In this document: piece after piece, positions 38,125 through 50,027 of the stretch
Numbering within the stretch: position 1 is the first letter of the stretch
Layout: the number at the start of each line of letters is the position of its first letter
Translations under genes and position numbers: made by a program
Notes under the pieces: model-generated
Database searches by the model: none
Seen by the model: the letters and a program-made list of their open reading frames with translations, nothing else
Told to the model about the DNA's origin: nothing
DNA from: Laetmonice hystrix
Lineage: Eukaryota
Reading direction: 5' to 3'
Length of the DNA: 64,000 nt
Assembly: GCA_965235115.1 (NCBI GenBank)
Contig: OZ249436.1
Location: forward strand, 2,048,001 to 2,112,000

Positions 38125-39999
38125 TGTCATTCTGTGTAACCCGCTGCTGTCACCTGAACACGGTATGGGAAACACAGTCATTCTGTGTAACCCGCTGCTG
38201 TCACCTGAACACGGTATGAGAAACACAGTCATTCTGTGTAACCCGCTGCTGTCACCTGAACACGGTATGAGAAACACAGTCATTCTGTGTAACCCGCTGC
38301 TGTCACCTGAACACGGGATGAGAAACACAGTCATTCTGTGTAACCCGCTGCTGTCACCTGAACACGGGATGAGAAACACAGTCATTCTGTGTAACCCGCT
38401 GCTGTCACCTGAACACGGTATGAGAAACACAGTCATTCTGTGTAACCCGCTGCTGTCACCTGAACACGGTATGAGAAACACAGTCATTCTGTGTAACCCG
38501 CTGCTGTCACCTGAACACGGGATGAGAAACACAGTCATTCTGTGTAACCCGCTGCTGTCACCTGAACACGGGATGAGAAACACAGTCATTCTGTGTAACC
38601 CGCTGCTGTCACCTGAACACGGTATGAGAAACACAGTCATTCTGTGTAACCCGCTGCTGTCACCTGAACACGGTATGAGAAACACAGTCATTCTGTGTAA
38701 CCCGCTGCTGTCACCTGAACACGGTATGAGAAACACAGTCATTCTGTGTAACCCGCTGATGTCACCTGAACACGGTATGAGAAACACAGTCATTCTGTGT
38801 AACCCGCTGCTGTCACCTGAACACGGGATGAGAAACACAGTCATTCTGTGTAACCCGCTGCTGTCACCTGAACACGGTATGAGAAACACAGTCATTCTGT
38901 GTAACCCGCTGCTGTCACCTGAACACGGTATGAGAAACACAGTCATTCTGTGTAACCCGCTGCTGTCACCTGAACACGGTATGAGAAACACAGTCATTCT
39001 GTGTAACCCGCTGCTGTCACCTGAACACGGGATGAGAAACACAGTCATTCTGTGTAACCCGCTGCTGTCACCTGAACACGGTATGAGAAACACAGTCATT
39101 CTGTGTAACCCGCTGCTGTCACCTGAACACGGTATGAGAAACACAGTCATTCTGTGTAACCCGCGGCTGTCACCTGAACACGGTATGAGAAACACAGTCA
39201 TTCTGTGTAACCCGCTGCTGTCACCTGAACACGGTATGAGAAACACAGTCATTCTGTGTAACCCGCTGCTGTCACCTGAACACGGCATGAGAAACACAGT
39301 CATTCTGTGTAACCCGCTGCTGTCACCTGAACACGGCATGAGAAACACAGTCATTCTGTGTAACCAACTGCTGTCACCTGAACACGGGATGAGAAACACA
39401 GTCATTTTGTGTAACCCGCTGCTGTCACCTGAACACGGGATGAGAAACACAGTCATTCTGTGTAACCAACTGCTGTCACCTGAACACGGGATGAGAAACA
39501 CAGTCATTCTGTGTAACCCGCTGCTGTCACCTGAACACGGTATGAGAAACACAGTCATTCTGTGTAACCCGCTGCTGTCACCTGAACACGGTATGAGAAA
39601 CACAGTCATTCTGTGTAACCCGCTGCTGTCACCTGAACACGGTATGAGAAACACAGTCATTCTTTGTAACCCGCTGCTGTCACCTGAACACGGCATGAGA
39701 AACACAGTCATTCTGTGTAACCCGCTGCTGTCACCTGAACACGGGATGAGAAACACAGTCATTCTGTGTAACCCGCTGCTGTCACCTGAACACGGTATGA
39801 GAAACACAGTCATTCTGTGTAACCCGCTGCTGTCACCTGAACACGGCATGAGAAACACAGTCATTCTGTGTAACCCGCTGCTGTCACCTGAACACGGTAT
39901 GAGAAACACAGTCATTCTGTGTAACCCACTGCTGTCACCTGAACACGGTATGAGAAACACAGTCATTCTGTGTAACCCGCTGCTGTCACCTGAACACGG
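38125..39999. repeat. Minisatellite, 51-bp unit, about 36 copies, no indels
   Basis: GTCATTCTGTGTAACCCGCTGCTGTCACCTGAACACGGTATGAGAAACACA; open in one frame on each strand. Confidence 0.98.
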
Positions 40000-40365
40000 A
40001 ATGCCGTATAGCAGATGCGATAAATATATACGGGCATCATAAATGGCAGGGCAATCGCGGATGATTTCTACTAAAGTTTCCATAACTTCCTCACGCAACG
40101 TTTTACCACGTGGCATATTGACTGCATATCCGAACGTGGCTATAGATCATAGTCTATGTGCATGTCGTACTGAGTAACGTTTTCTGGAATACAAACAGCA
40201 GCGTGTTTACTTTTGATAACGAAATCTCTTGTTGTAGCATTATTTATTCTGTCCGGTATTATAGATCGCTACATTGAGCGATCAGCCATACCGGCGTACT
40301 CTTGCTAGAACAAACGGTCTGCAAACCTTTCATTTCCAAAACTAAACAAGAATTACTTTTCCTTG

Positions 40366-40652
40366 TTGTATTATTTGTATTTCACCATCTGCTGGCAAGC
40401 GATAGATCCCAAACAGTTTGTACTACATGGCCAAGATGGAATTGTTGTGTTATTGTGTTATTGTGTTGTTGTATTATTTGTATTTCACCATCTGGTGGCA
40501 AGCGAGAGATCCCAAACAGTTTGTATTACATGGCCAAGATGAAATTGTTGTGTTATTGTGTTATTGTGTTGTTGTATTATTTGTATTTCACCATCTGGTG
40601 GCGAGCGATAGATCCCAAACAGTTTGTACTACATGGCCAAGATGAAATTGTT
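40366..40652. repeat. 103-bp tandem repeat, about 2.8 copies (repeated at +4019)
   Basis: TTGTATTATTTGTATTTCACCATCTGGTGGCAAGCGATAGATCCCAAACAG... at 40366, 40469 and 40572. Confidence 0.92.
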
Positions 40653-40694
40653 TGGACAATATGACTGTAAAGGAACCCCAACCTCTGGAAGCCA

Positions 40695-41008
40695 CTCTGT
40701 CCTGATTACTGGCGAACGGTGGCAGGAAAAACCAGTCTGTCACTGTGCTAATTAACTTTGTCCTGATTATTGGCGAACGGTGGCAGGAAAAACCAGTCTG
40801 CCACTGTGCTAATTAACTCTGTCCTGATTATTGGCGAACGGTGGCAGGAAAAACCAGTCTGTCACTGTGCTAATTAACTTTGTCCTGATTATTGGCGAAC
40901 GGTGGCAGGAAAAACCAGTCTGTCACTGTGCTAATTAACTCTGTCCTGATTATTGGCGAACGGTGGCAGGAAAAACTAGTCTCTCACTGTGCTACTTAAC
41001 TCTGTCCT
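40695..41008. repeat. Minisatellite, 61-bp unit, 5 copies (repeated at +4019)
   Basis: CTCTGTCCTGATTATTGGCGAACGGTGGCAGGAAAAACCAGTCTGTCACTGTGCTAATTAA. Confidence 0.95.
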
Positions 41009-41412
41009 AAAATGATCGGTGGAAAAAGTCTGTTTATTCCGTATAAGATAAAAATCATGAAATGATATCGTTTTACGTATAGCCAGAGAGGGAGAATATC
41101 TGGCTCAGATCTCCGCGTGACCTGGATTTAGAATCGCAGAGTTAGTTAATCTACCGGCTGTCAACAAGTAGGATTATGATTATATAGCCCCTTACTGGTC
41201 AGGAACTATAGCACTTAGTGGCACAGTGCGCCCCTATAAATGTTACACTTACATCACCATGGCAGCAGTTTGGAGGTTTATTTCCATTTTGGTAGCATAT
41301 GGTAAGATTGGAGTAGTAGTGGCCGAGGTTCTAGGGCCTTCAAGGTTGAGAACAGAGAGTAATGTTGGCACTGCAATCAATTGTTAAACCTTCGGGGAAG
41401 AGTGGCGGTGGC

Positions 41413-41980
41413 GCTGGGGTTGGCGCCTGTCAATGTGGGCCGGGGTTGGCGCCTGTCAATGTGGCCTGGGGTTGGCGCCTGTCAATGTGGGCCGGGGCTG
41501 AGGTTGGCGCCTGTCAATGTGGGCCGGGGCTGAGGTTGGCGCCTGTCAATGTGGGCCGGGGTTGGCGCCTGTCAATGTGGGCCGGGGTTGGCGCCTGTCA
41601 ATGTGGGCCGGGGTTGGCGCCTTTCAATGTGGGCCGCGGCTGGGGTTGGCGCCTGTCAATGTGGGCCGGGGTTGGCGCCTGTCAATGTGGGCCGGGGTTG
41701 GCGCCTGTCAATGTGGGCCGCGGCTGGGGTTGGCGCCTGTCAATGTGGGCCGCGGCTGGGGTTGGCGCCTGTCAATGTGAGCCGGGACTAAGGTTGGCGC
41801 CTGTCAATGTGGGCCGGGGCTGGGATTGGCGCCTGTCAATGTGGGCCGGGGCTGAGGTTGGCGCCTGTCAATGGGCGCGGTGGCGCTGGGATTGGCACCT
41901 GTCAGTAGGGGCCGGGGCTGGGGCCACTGTGGGCCACTGTGGGCCACTGCGGGCCACTGTTGTGGGCCACTGTTGTGGGC
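41413..41980. repeat. GC-rich 26/32-bp minisatellite plus a GGGCCACTGT 10-mer tail (repeated at +4019)
   Basis: GGGGTTGGCGCCTGTCAATGTGGGCC. Confidence 0.95.
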
Positions 41981-42239
41981 CTCTGGCGTTCGGCGGGGAA
42001 ATTTCACTGGATCAATGTCCATAAACTTGCAATATTTTTAGTGCTGCATTGACCCGGTCTCGGTCCTCACAGAGCCTGGCTGGCATTGTCGAACTTGTCG
42101 CAGTGTCGGGTAAGTGACATGAACGTTTGAGAAGCTTTTTGTGCCATTGTAAATCTTAGCAATTTGTCACCGTGTTAGTCGGCCCTGTCATATAGCAGCC
42201 GTCGAGGGGGCGAGCGGGGGCGGGGAGAGGACGGAGTAC

Positions 42240-43333
42240 AGACGCACATAGTAATGTTATAGACCAGTGGATTGGATTGCTACCTGCCCCTCTGTTCGCC
42301 TACCATCAGAGACACACATAGTAATGTTATAGACCAGGGGATTGGATTGCTACCTGCCCCTCTGTCCGCCTACCATCAGAGACACACATAGTAATCTTAT
42401 AGACCAGGGGATTGGATTGGTACCTGCCCCTCTGTACGCCTACCATCAGAGACACACATAGTAATCTTATAGACCAGGGGATTGGATTGCTACCTGCCCC
42501 TCTGTCCGCCTACCATCAGAGACACACATAGTAATGTTATAGACCAGGGGATTGGATTGCTACCTGCCCCTCTGTTCGCCTACCATCAGAGACACACATA
42601 GTAATGTTATAGACCAGGGGATTGGATTGCTACCTGCCCCTCTGTCCGCCTACCATCAGAGACACACATAGTAATCTTATAGACCAGGGGATTGGATTGG
42701 TACCTGCCCCTCTGTCCGCCTACCATCAGAGACACACATGGTAATGTTATAGACCAGGGGATTGGATTGCTACCTGCCCCTCTGTCCGCCTACCATCAGA
42801 GACACACATAGTAATGTTATTATAGACCAGGGGATTGGATTGCTACCTGCCCCTCTGTCCGCCTACCATCAGAGACACACATAGTAATGTTATAGACCAG
42901 GGGATTGGATTGCTACCTGCCCCTCTGTCCGCCTACCATCAGAGACACACATAGTAATGTTATAGACCAGGGGATTGGATTGCTACCTGCCCCTCTGTCC
43001 GCCTACCATCAGAGACACACATGGTAATGTTATAGACCAGGGGATTGGATTGCTACCTGCCCCTCTGTCCGCCTACCATCAGAGACACACATAGTAATCT
43101 TGTAGACCTTGCCCCGGATTTTAGTTTGCAAACCGAGTCTTAAGATTCAAATCTTAAGACTGAACTCTTGTTTCAGAGCTTCTGATTGGGTCTTCAAATG
43201 AAGTCAGCCAATGAGGGACCATAACATAAGTCAGTCTTAAAATTCCAGTCTTAAGATTGGTAAAATGACAAACTAAAAGCCGGGCCCAGTGGATTGGATT
43301 GCTACCTGCCCCTCTGTCCGCCTACCATCAGAT
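42240..43333. repeat. Minisatellite, 70-bp unit, last unit split by a MITE (repeated at +4019)
   Basis: GACACACATAGTAATGTTATAGACCAGGGGATTGGATTGCTACCTGCCCCTCTGTCCGCCTACCATCAGA. Confidence 0.96.
43110..43287. mobile_element. About 178-bp MITE inserted in the 70-bp array
   Basis: GCCCCGGATTTTAGTTTG ... CAAACTAAAAGCCGGGCCC; same family as 23677-23854. Confidence 0.85.
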
Positions 43334-43709
43334 ATGAGAAGGCAGAATACAGATCAATTTGTTAAAGGTCCTTGAAAATGTTTTACTTTCGGGGAAGGAA
43401 GGAAGGTAGGAAGGAAGCCCCCACCCCCCAAAAAATTATATATTTTGTAAATAAATAGAAATGAAAAATATCGCCCTCTGACAGGGGGTTGCAACCCCCA
43501 AGCACCGCCCTCTGGATGCGCCACAGTGTAGGTGTGTCAATGACCGTTTAGTAGTTGTAGTAGCAGTTATACAGCGCTGTTATAGAACGCTCCGACGTGA
43601 AGCGCCGGTCGCGACATTCCGGGTTTAGCCGATTCATTAACACCTCTCGGATGGTGTTGATGAGACATGGCAGTGGGTGGCAGACAGCTAGCTCTCATTC
43701 ATTGATTCA

Positions 43710-44384
43710 CCCACACAGCCCCCCCCCCCCCGCCGCCGGGTTCAACGACTCGCCACACAGCCCCCCCCCCTCCGGGTTCAATGACTTGCCACACAGCCCC
43801 CCCCCCCCCGCCTCCAACCATCGCCCCCTCCGGGTTCAATGACTCGCCACACAGCCCCCCCCCCCCCCCGCCTCCAATCATCAGACCCGCCGGGTTCAAT
43901 GACTCGCCACACAGCCCCCCCCCCCCCCCCGCCTCCAACCATCACCCCCGCCGGGTTCAATGACTCGCCACACAGCCCCCCCCCCGCCTCCAACCATCAG
44001 ACCCGCCGGGTTCAATGACTCGCCACACAGCGCCCCCCCGCCTCCAACCATCAGACCCGCCGGGTTCAATGACTCGCCACACAGCCCCCCCCCCCCGCCT
44101 CCAACCATCAGACCCGCCGGGTTCAATGACTCGCCACACAGCCCCCCCCCCCCGCCTCCAACCATCACCCCCGCCGGGTTCAATGACTCTCCACACAGCC
44201 CCCCCCCCCGCCTCCAACCATCAGACCCGCCGGGTTCAATGACTCTCCACACAGCCCCCCCCCCGCCTCCAACCATCAGACCCGCCGGGTTCAATGACTC
44301 TCCACACAGCCCCCCCCCCCCCGCCTCCAACCATCAGACCCGCCGGGTTCAATGACTCTCCACACAGCCCCCCCCCCCCCCGCC
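43710..44384. repeat. About 57-bp minisatellite with a variable poly-C run (second copy about 47729-48436)
   Basis: CGCCGGGTTCAATGACTCGCCACACAG(C)nGCCTCCAACCATCAGACC. Confidence 0.95.
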
Positions 44385-47128
44385 TTGTATTATTTGTATT
44401 TCACCATCTGCTGGCAAGCGATAGATCCCAAACAGTTTGTACTACATGGCCAAGATGGAATTGTTGTGTTATTGTGTTATTGTGTTGTTGTATTATTTGT
44501 ATTTCACCATCTGGTGGCAAGCGAGAGATCCCAAACAGTTTGTATTACATGGCCAAGATGAAATTGTTGTGTTATTGTGTTATTGTGTTGTTGTATTATT
44601 TGTATTTCACCATCTGGTGGCGAGCGATAGATCCCAAACAGTTTGTACTACATGGCCAAGATGAAATTGTTTGGACAATATGACTGTAAAGGAACCCCAA
44701 CCTCTGGAAGCCACTCTGTCCTGATTACTGGCGAACGGTGGCAGGAAAAACCAGTCTGTCACTGTGCTAATTAACTTTGTCCTGATTATTGGCGAACGGT
44801 GGCAGGAAAAACCAGTCTGCCACTGTGCTAATTAACTCTGTCCTGATTATTGGCGAACGGTGGCAGGAAAAACCAGTCTGTCACTGTGCTAATTAACTTT
44901 GTCCTGATTATTGGCGAACGGTGGCAGGAAAAACCAGTCTGTCACTGTGCTAATTAACTCTGTCCTGATTATTGGCGAACGGTGGCAGGAAAAACTAGTC
45001 TCTCACTGTGCTACTTAACTCTGTCCTAAAATGATCGGTGGAAAAAGTCTGTTTATTCCGTATAAGATAAAAATCATGAAATGATATCGTTTTACGTATA
45101 GCCAGAGAGGGAGAATATCTGGCTCAGATCTCCGCGTGACCTGGATTTAGAATCGCAGAGTTAGTTAATCTACCGGCTGTCAACAAGTAGGATTATGATT
45201 ATATAGCCCCTTACTGGTCAGGAACTATAGCACTTAGTGGCACAGTGCGCCCCTATAAATGTTACACTTACATCACCATGGCAGCAGTTTGGAGGTTTAT
45301 TTCCATTTTGGTAGCATATGGTAAGATTGGAGTAGTAGTGGCCGAGGTTCTAGGGCCTTCAAGGTTGAGAACAGAGAGTAATGTTGGCACTGCAATCAAT
45401 TGTTAAACCTTCGGGGAAGAGTGGCGGTGGCGCTGGGGTTGGCGCCTGTCAATGTGGGCCGGGGTTGGCGCCTGTCAATGTGGCCTGGGGTTGGCGCCTG
45501 TCAATGTGGGCCGGGGCTGAGGTTGGCGCCTGTCAATGTGGGCCGGGGCTGAGGTTGGCGCCTGTCAATGTGGGCCGGGGTTGGCGCCTGTCAATGTGGG
45601 CCGGGGTTGGCGCCTGTCAATGTGGGCCGGGGTTGGCGCCTTTCAATGTGGGCCGCGGCTGGGGTTGGCGCCTGTCAATGTGGGCCGGGGTTGGCGCCTG
45701 TCAATGTGGGCCGGGGTTGGCGCCTGTCAATGTGGGCCGCGGCTGGGGTTGGCGCCTGTCAATGTGGGCCGCGGCTGGGGTTGGCGCCTGTCAATGTGAG
45801 CCGGGACTAAGGTTGGCGCCTGTCAATGTGGGCCGGGGCTGGGATTGGCGCCTGTCAATGTGGGCCGGGGCTGAGGTTGGCGCCTGTCAATGGGCGCGGT
45901 GGCGCTGGGATTGGCACCTGTCAGTAGGGGCCGGGGCTGGGGCCACTGTGGGCCACTGTGGGCCACTGCGGGCCACTGTTGTGGGCCACTGTTGTGGGCC
46001 TCTGGCGTTCGGCGGGGAAATTTCACTGGATCAATGTCCATAAACTTGCAATATTTTTAGTGCTGCATTGACCCGGTCTCGGTCCTCACAGAGCCTGGCT
46101 GGCATTGTCGAACTTGTCGCAGTGTCGGGTAAGTGACATGAACGTTTGAGAAGCTTTTTGTGCCATTGTAAATCTTAGCAATTTGTCACCGTGTTAGTCG
46201 GCCCTGTCATATAGCAGCCGTCGAGGGGGCGAGCGGGGGCGGGGAGAGGACGGAGTACAGACGCACATAGTAATGTTATAGACCAGTGGATTGGATTGCT
46301 ACCTGCCCCTCTGTTCGCCTACCATCAGAGACACACATAGTAATGTTATAGACCAGGGGATTGGATTGCTACCTGCCCCTCTGTCCGCCTACCATCAGAG
46401 ACACACATAGTAATCTTATAGACCAGGGGATTGGATTGGTACCTGCCCCTCTGTACGCCTACCATCAGAGACACACATAGTAATCTTATAGACCAGGGGA
46501 TTGGATTGCTACCTGCCCCTCTGTCCGCCTACCATCAGAGACACACATAGTAATGTTATAGACCAGGGGATTGGATTGCTACCTGCCCCTCTGTTCGCCT
46601 ACCATCAGAGACACACATAGTAATGTTATAGACCAGGGGATTGGATTGCTACCTGCCCCTCTGTCCGCCTACCATCAGAGACACACATAGTAATCTTATA
46701 GACCAGGGGATTGGATTGGTACCTGCCCCTCTGTCCGCCTACCATCAGAGACACACATGGTAATGTTATAGACCAGGGGATTGGATTGCTACCTGCCCCT
46801 CTGTCCGCCTACCATCAGAGACACACATAGTAATGTTATTATAGACCAGGGGATTGGATTGCTACCTGCCCCTCTGTCCGCCTACCATCAGAGACACACA
46901 TAGTAATGTTATAGACCAGGGGATTGGATTGCTACCTGCCCCTCTGTCCGCCTACCATCAGAGACACACATAGTAATGTTATAGACCAGGGGATTGGATT
47001 GCTACCTGCCCCTCTGTCCGCCTACCATCAGAGACACACATGGTAATGTTATAGACCAGGGGATTGGATTGCTACCTGCCCCTCTGTCCGCCTACCATCA
47101 GAGACACACATAGTAATCTTGTAGACCT

Positions 47129-47306
47129 TGCCCCGGATTTTAGTTTGCAAACCGAGTCTTAAGATTCAAATCTTAAGACTGAACTCTTGTTTCAGAGCTT
47201 CTGATTGGGTCTTCAAATGAAGTCAGCCAATGAGGGACCATAACATAAGTCAGTCTTAAAATTCCAGTCTTAAGATTGGTAAAATGACAAACTAAAAGCC
47301 GGGCCC
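47129..47306. mobile_element. About 178-bp MITE, duplicated copy
   Basis: Matches 43110-43287 at +4019. Confidence 0.85.
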
Positions 47307-48578
47307 AGTGGATTGGATTGCTACCTGCCCCTCTGTCCGCCTACCATCAGATATGAGAAGGCAGAATACAGATCAATTTGTTAAAGGTCCTTGAAAATGT
47401 TTTACTTTCGGGGAAGGAAGGAAGGTAGGAAGGAAGCCCCCACCCCCCAAAAAATTATATATTTTGTAAATAAATAGAAATGAAAAATATCGCCCTCTGA
47501 CAGGGGGTTGCAACCCCCAAGCACCGCCCTCTGGATGCGCCACAGTGTAGGTGTGTCAATGACCGTTTAGTAGTTGTAGTAGCAGTTATACAGCGCTGTT
47601 ATAGAACGCTCCGACGTGAAGCGCCGGTCGCGACATTCCGGGTTTAGCCGATTCATTAACACCTCTCGGATGGTGTTGATGAGACATGGCAGTGGGTGGC
47701 AGACAGCTAGCTCTCATTCATTGATTCACCCACACAGCCCCCCCCCCCCCGCCGCCGGGTTCAACGACTCGCCACACAGCCCCCCCCCCTCCGGGTTCAA
47801 TGACTTGCCACACAGCCCCCCCCCCCCCGCCTCCAACCATCGCCCCCTCCGGGTTCAATGACTCGCCACACAGCCCCCCCCCCCCCCCGCCTCCAATCAT
47901 CAGACCCGCCGGGTTCAATGACTCGCCACACAGCCCCCCCCCCCCCCCGCCTCCAACCATCACCCCCGCCGGGTTCAATGACTCGCCACACAGCCCCCCC
48001 CCCGCCTCCAACCATCAGACCCGCCGGGTTCAATGACTCGCCACACAGCGCCCCCCCGCCTCCAACCATCAGACCCGCCGGGTTCAATGACTCGCCACAC
48101 AGCCCCCCCCCCCCGCCTCCAACCATCAGACCCGCCGGGTTCAATGACTCGCCACACAGCCCCCCCCCCCCGCCTCCAACCATCACCCCCGCCGGGTTCA
48201 ATGACTCTCCACACAGCCCCCCCCCCCCGCCTCCAACCATCAGACCCGCCGGGTTCAATGACTCTCCACACAGCCCCCCCCCCGCCTCCAACCATCAGAC
48301 CCGCCGGGTTCAATGACTCTCCACACAGCCCCCCCCCCCCCGCCTCCAACCATCAGACCCGCCGGGTTCAATGACTCTCCACACAGCCCCCCCCCCCCCG
48401 CCTCCAACCATCAGACCCGCCGGGTTCAATGACTCCATGTTTGGGAGAGAATTGTTTCTGCCATCAACCATTGAGGTAGAAAGTGGCCGTAGAATGAGCG
48501 CAGGAATGGGACGATGTCAGTGATATTGGGACCGGTCAGATATTGTTAGTGTTTGAGTGGGTGGCGGGCGGTGGTCAG

Positions 48579-49751
48579 CAGCGGTCAGTCTGTGCCGTGT
48601 AGACCCCTGTGACCAGGACGAGCGGTCAGTCTGTGCCGTGTAGACCCCTGTGACCAGGACGAGCGGTCAGTCTGTGCCGTGTAGACCCCTGTGACCAGGA
48701 CGAGCGGTCAGTCTGTGCCGTGTAGACCCCTGTGACCAGGACGAGCGGTCAGTCTGTGCCGTGTAGACCCCTGTGACCAGGGCGAGCGGTCAGTCTGTGC
48801 CGTGTAGACCCCTGTGACCAGGACGAGCGGTCAGTCTGTGCCGTGTAGACCCATGTGACCAGGACGAGCGGTCAGTCTGTGCCGTGTAGACCCCTGTGAC
48901 CAGGACGAGCGGTCAGTCTGTGCCGTGTAGACCCCTGTGACCAGGACGAGCGGTCAGTCTGTGCCGTGTAGACCCCTGTGACCAGGACGAGCGGTCAGTC
49001 TGTGCCGTGTAGACCCCTGTGACCAGGACGAGCGGTCAGTCTGTGCCGTGTAGACCCCTGTGACCAGGACGAGCGGTCAGTCTGTGCCGTGTAGACCCCT
49101 GTGTCCAGGACGAGCGGTGAGCGGTCAGTCTGTGCCGTGTAGACCCCTGTGACCAGGACGAGCGGTCAGTCTGTGCCGTGTAGACCCCTGTGACCAGGAC
49201 GAGCGGTCAGTCTGTGCCGTGTAGACCCCTGTGACCAGGACGAGCGGTGAGCGGTCAGTCTGTGCCGTGTAGACCCCTGTGACCAGGACGAGCGGTCAGT
49301 CTGTGCCGTGTAGACCCCTGTGACCAGGACGAGCGGTCAGTCTGTGCCGTGTAGACCCCTGTGACCAGGACGAGCGGTGAGCGGTCAGTCTGTGCCGTGT
49401 AGACCCCTGTGACCAGGACGAGCGGTCAGTCTGTGCCGTGTAGACCCCTGTGACCAGGACGAGCGGTCAGTCTGTGCCGTGTAGACCCCTGTGACCAGGA
49501 CGAGCGGTCAGTCTGTGCCGTGTAGACCCCTGTGACCAGGACGAGCGGTCAGTCTGTGCCGTGTAGACCCCTGTGACCAGGACGAGCGGTCAGTCTGTGC
49601 CGTGTAGACCCCTGTGACCAGGACGAGCGGTCGGTCTGTGCCGTGTAGACCCCTGTGACCAGGACGAGCGGTCAGTCTGTGCCGTGTAGACCCCTGTGAC
49701 CAGGACGAGCGGTCAGTCTGTGCCGTGTAGACCCCTGTGACCAGGACGAGC
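48579..49751. repeat. Minisatellite, 41-bp unit (48-bp variant)
   Basis: GAGCGGTCAGTCTGTGCCGTGTAGACCCCTGTGACCAGGAC; the variant repeats GAGCGGT. Confidence 0.97.
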
Positions 49752-50027
49752 CACCACTGACTGTATATTGATCTGTATCAGACGTCTTACATAGACACAT
49801 AGATCACTGCCGTGGTTCCCAGCCCGCTCGATGACTACAGACCGTTATTTGGCGAGTTCATAGACTTTCAAATTGTGGTGCCATTGTTTGTGGATCGCTG
49901 ACCGTTCTGAGACAACTCGATGGTGTTGACAAGTTTTGTAATGAGTAGAGGATGTTATGGGGGGGGGGGATCATTGGTTGTGGACGGTATGGGTTGTTGT
50001 CAGTCCAAGCAATAGGACAGCGGAGGA

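Larger units (their letters stand above)
40366..48403. repeat. Near-identical tandem duplication, 4019-bp unit (40366-44384 and 44385-about 48403)
   Basis: TTGTATTATTTGTATTTCACCATCTGCTGG occurs at 40366 and 44385. Duplicated ORFs are offset by 4019. The only differences I could see are in poly-C run lengths. Confidence 0.97.

Noticed and set aside
42060..42116. Possible micro-exon CTCACAG|AGCCTGG...GTCGG|GTAAGT (also at +4019)
   Set aside because: Good donor but weak acceptor tract, and no partner exons identified.
43700..48420. Proline- and glycine-rich ORFs in the poly-C arrays
   Set aside because: Frames change with homopolymer length and differ between the duplicate copies.
48435..48450. 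CCATGTTTGGGAGA match to the 67-bp array unit at 25501-26236
   Set aside because: Only 14 bp and it does not extend; may be chance.
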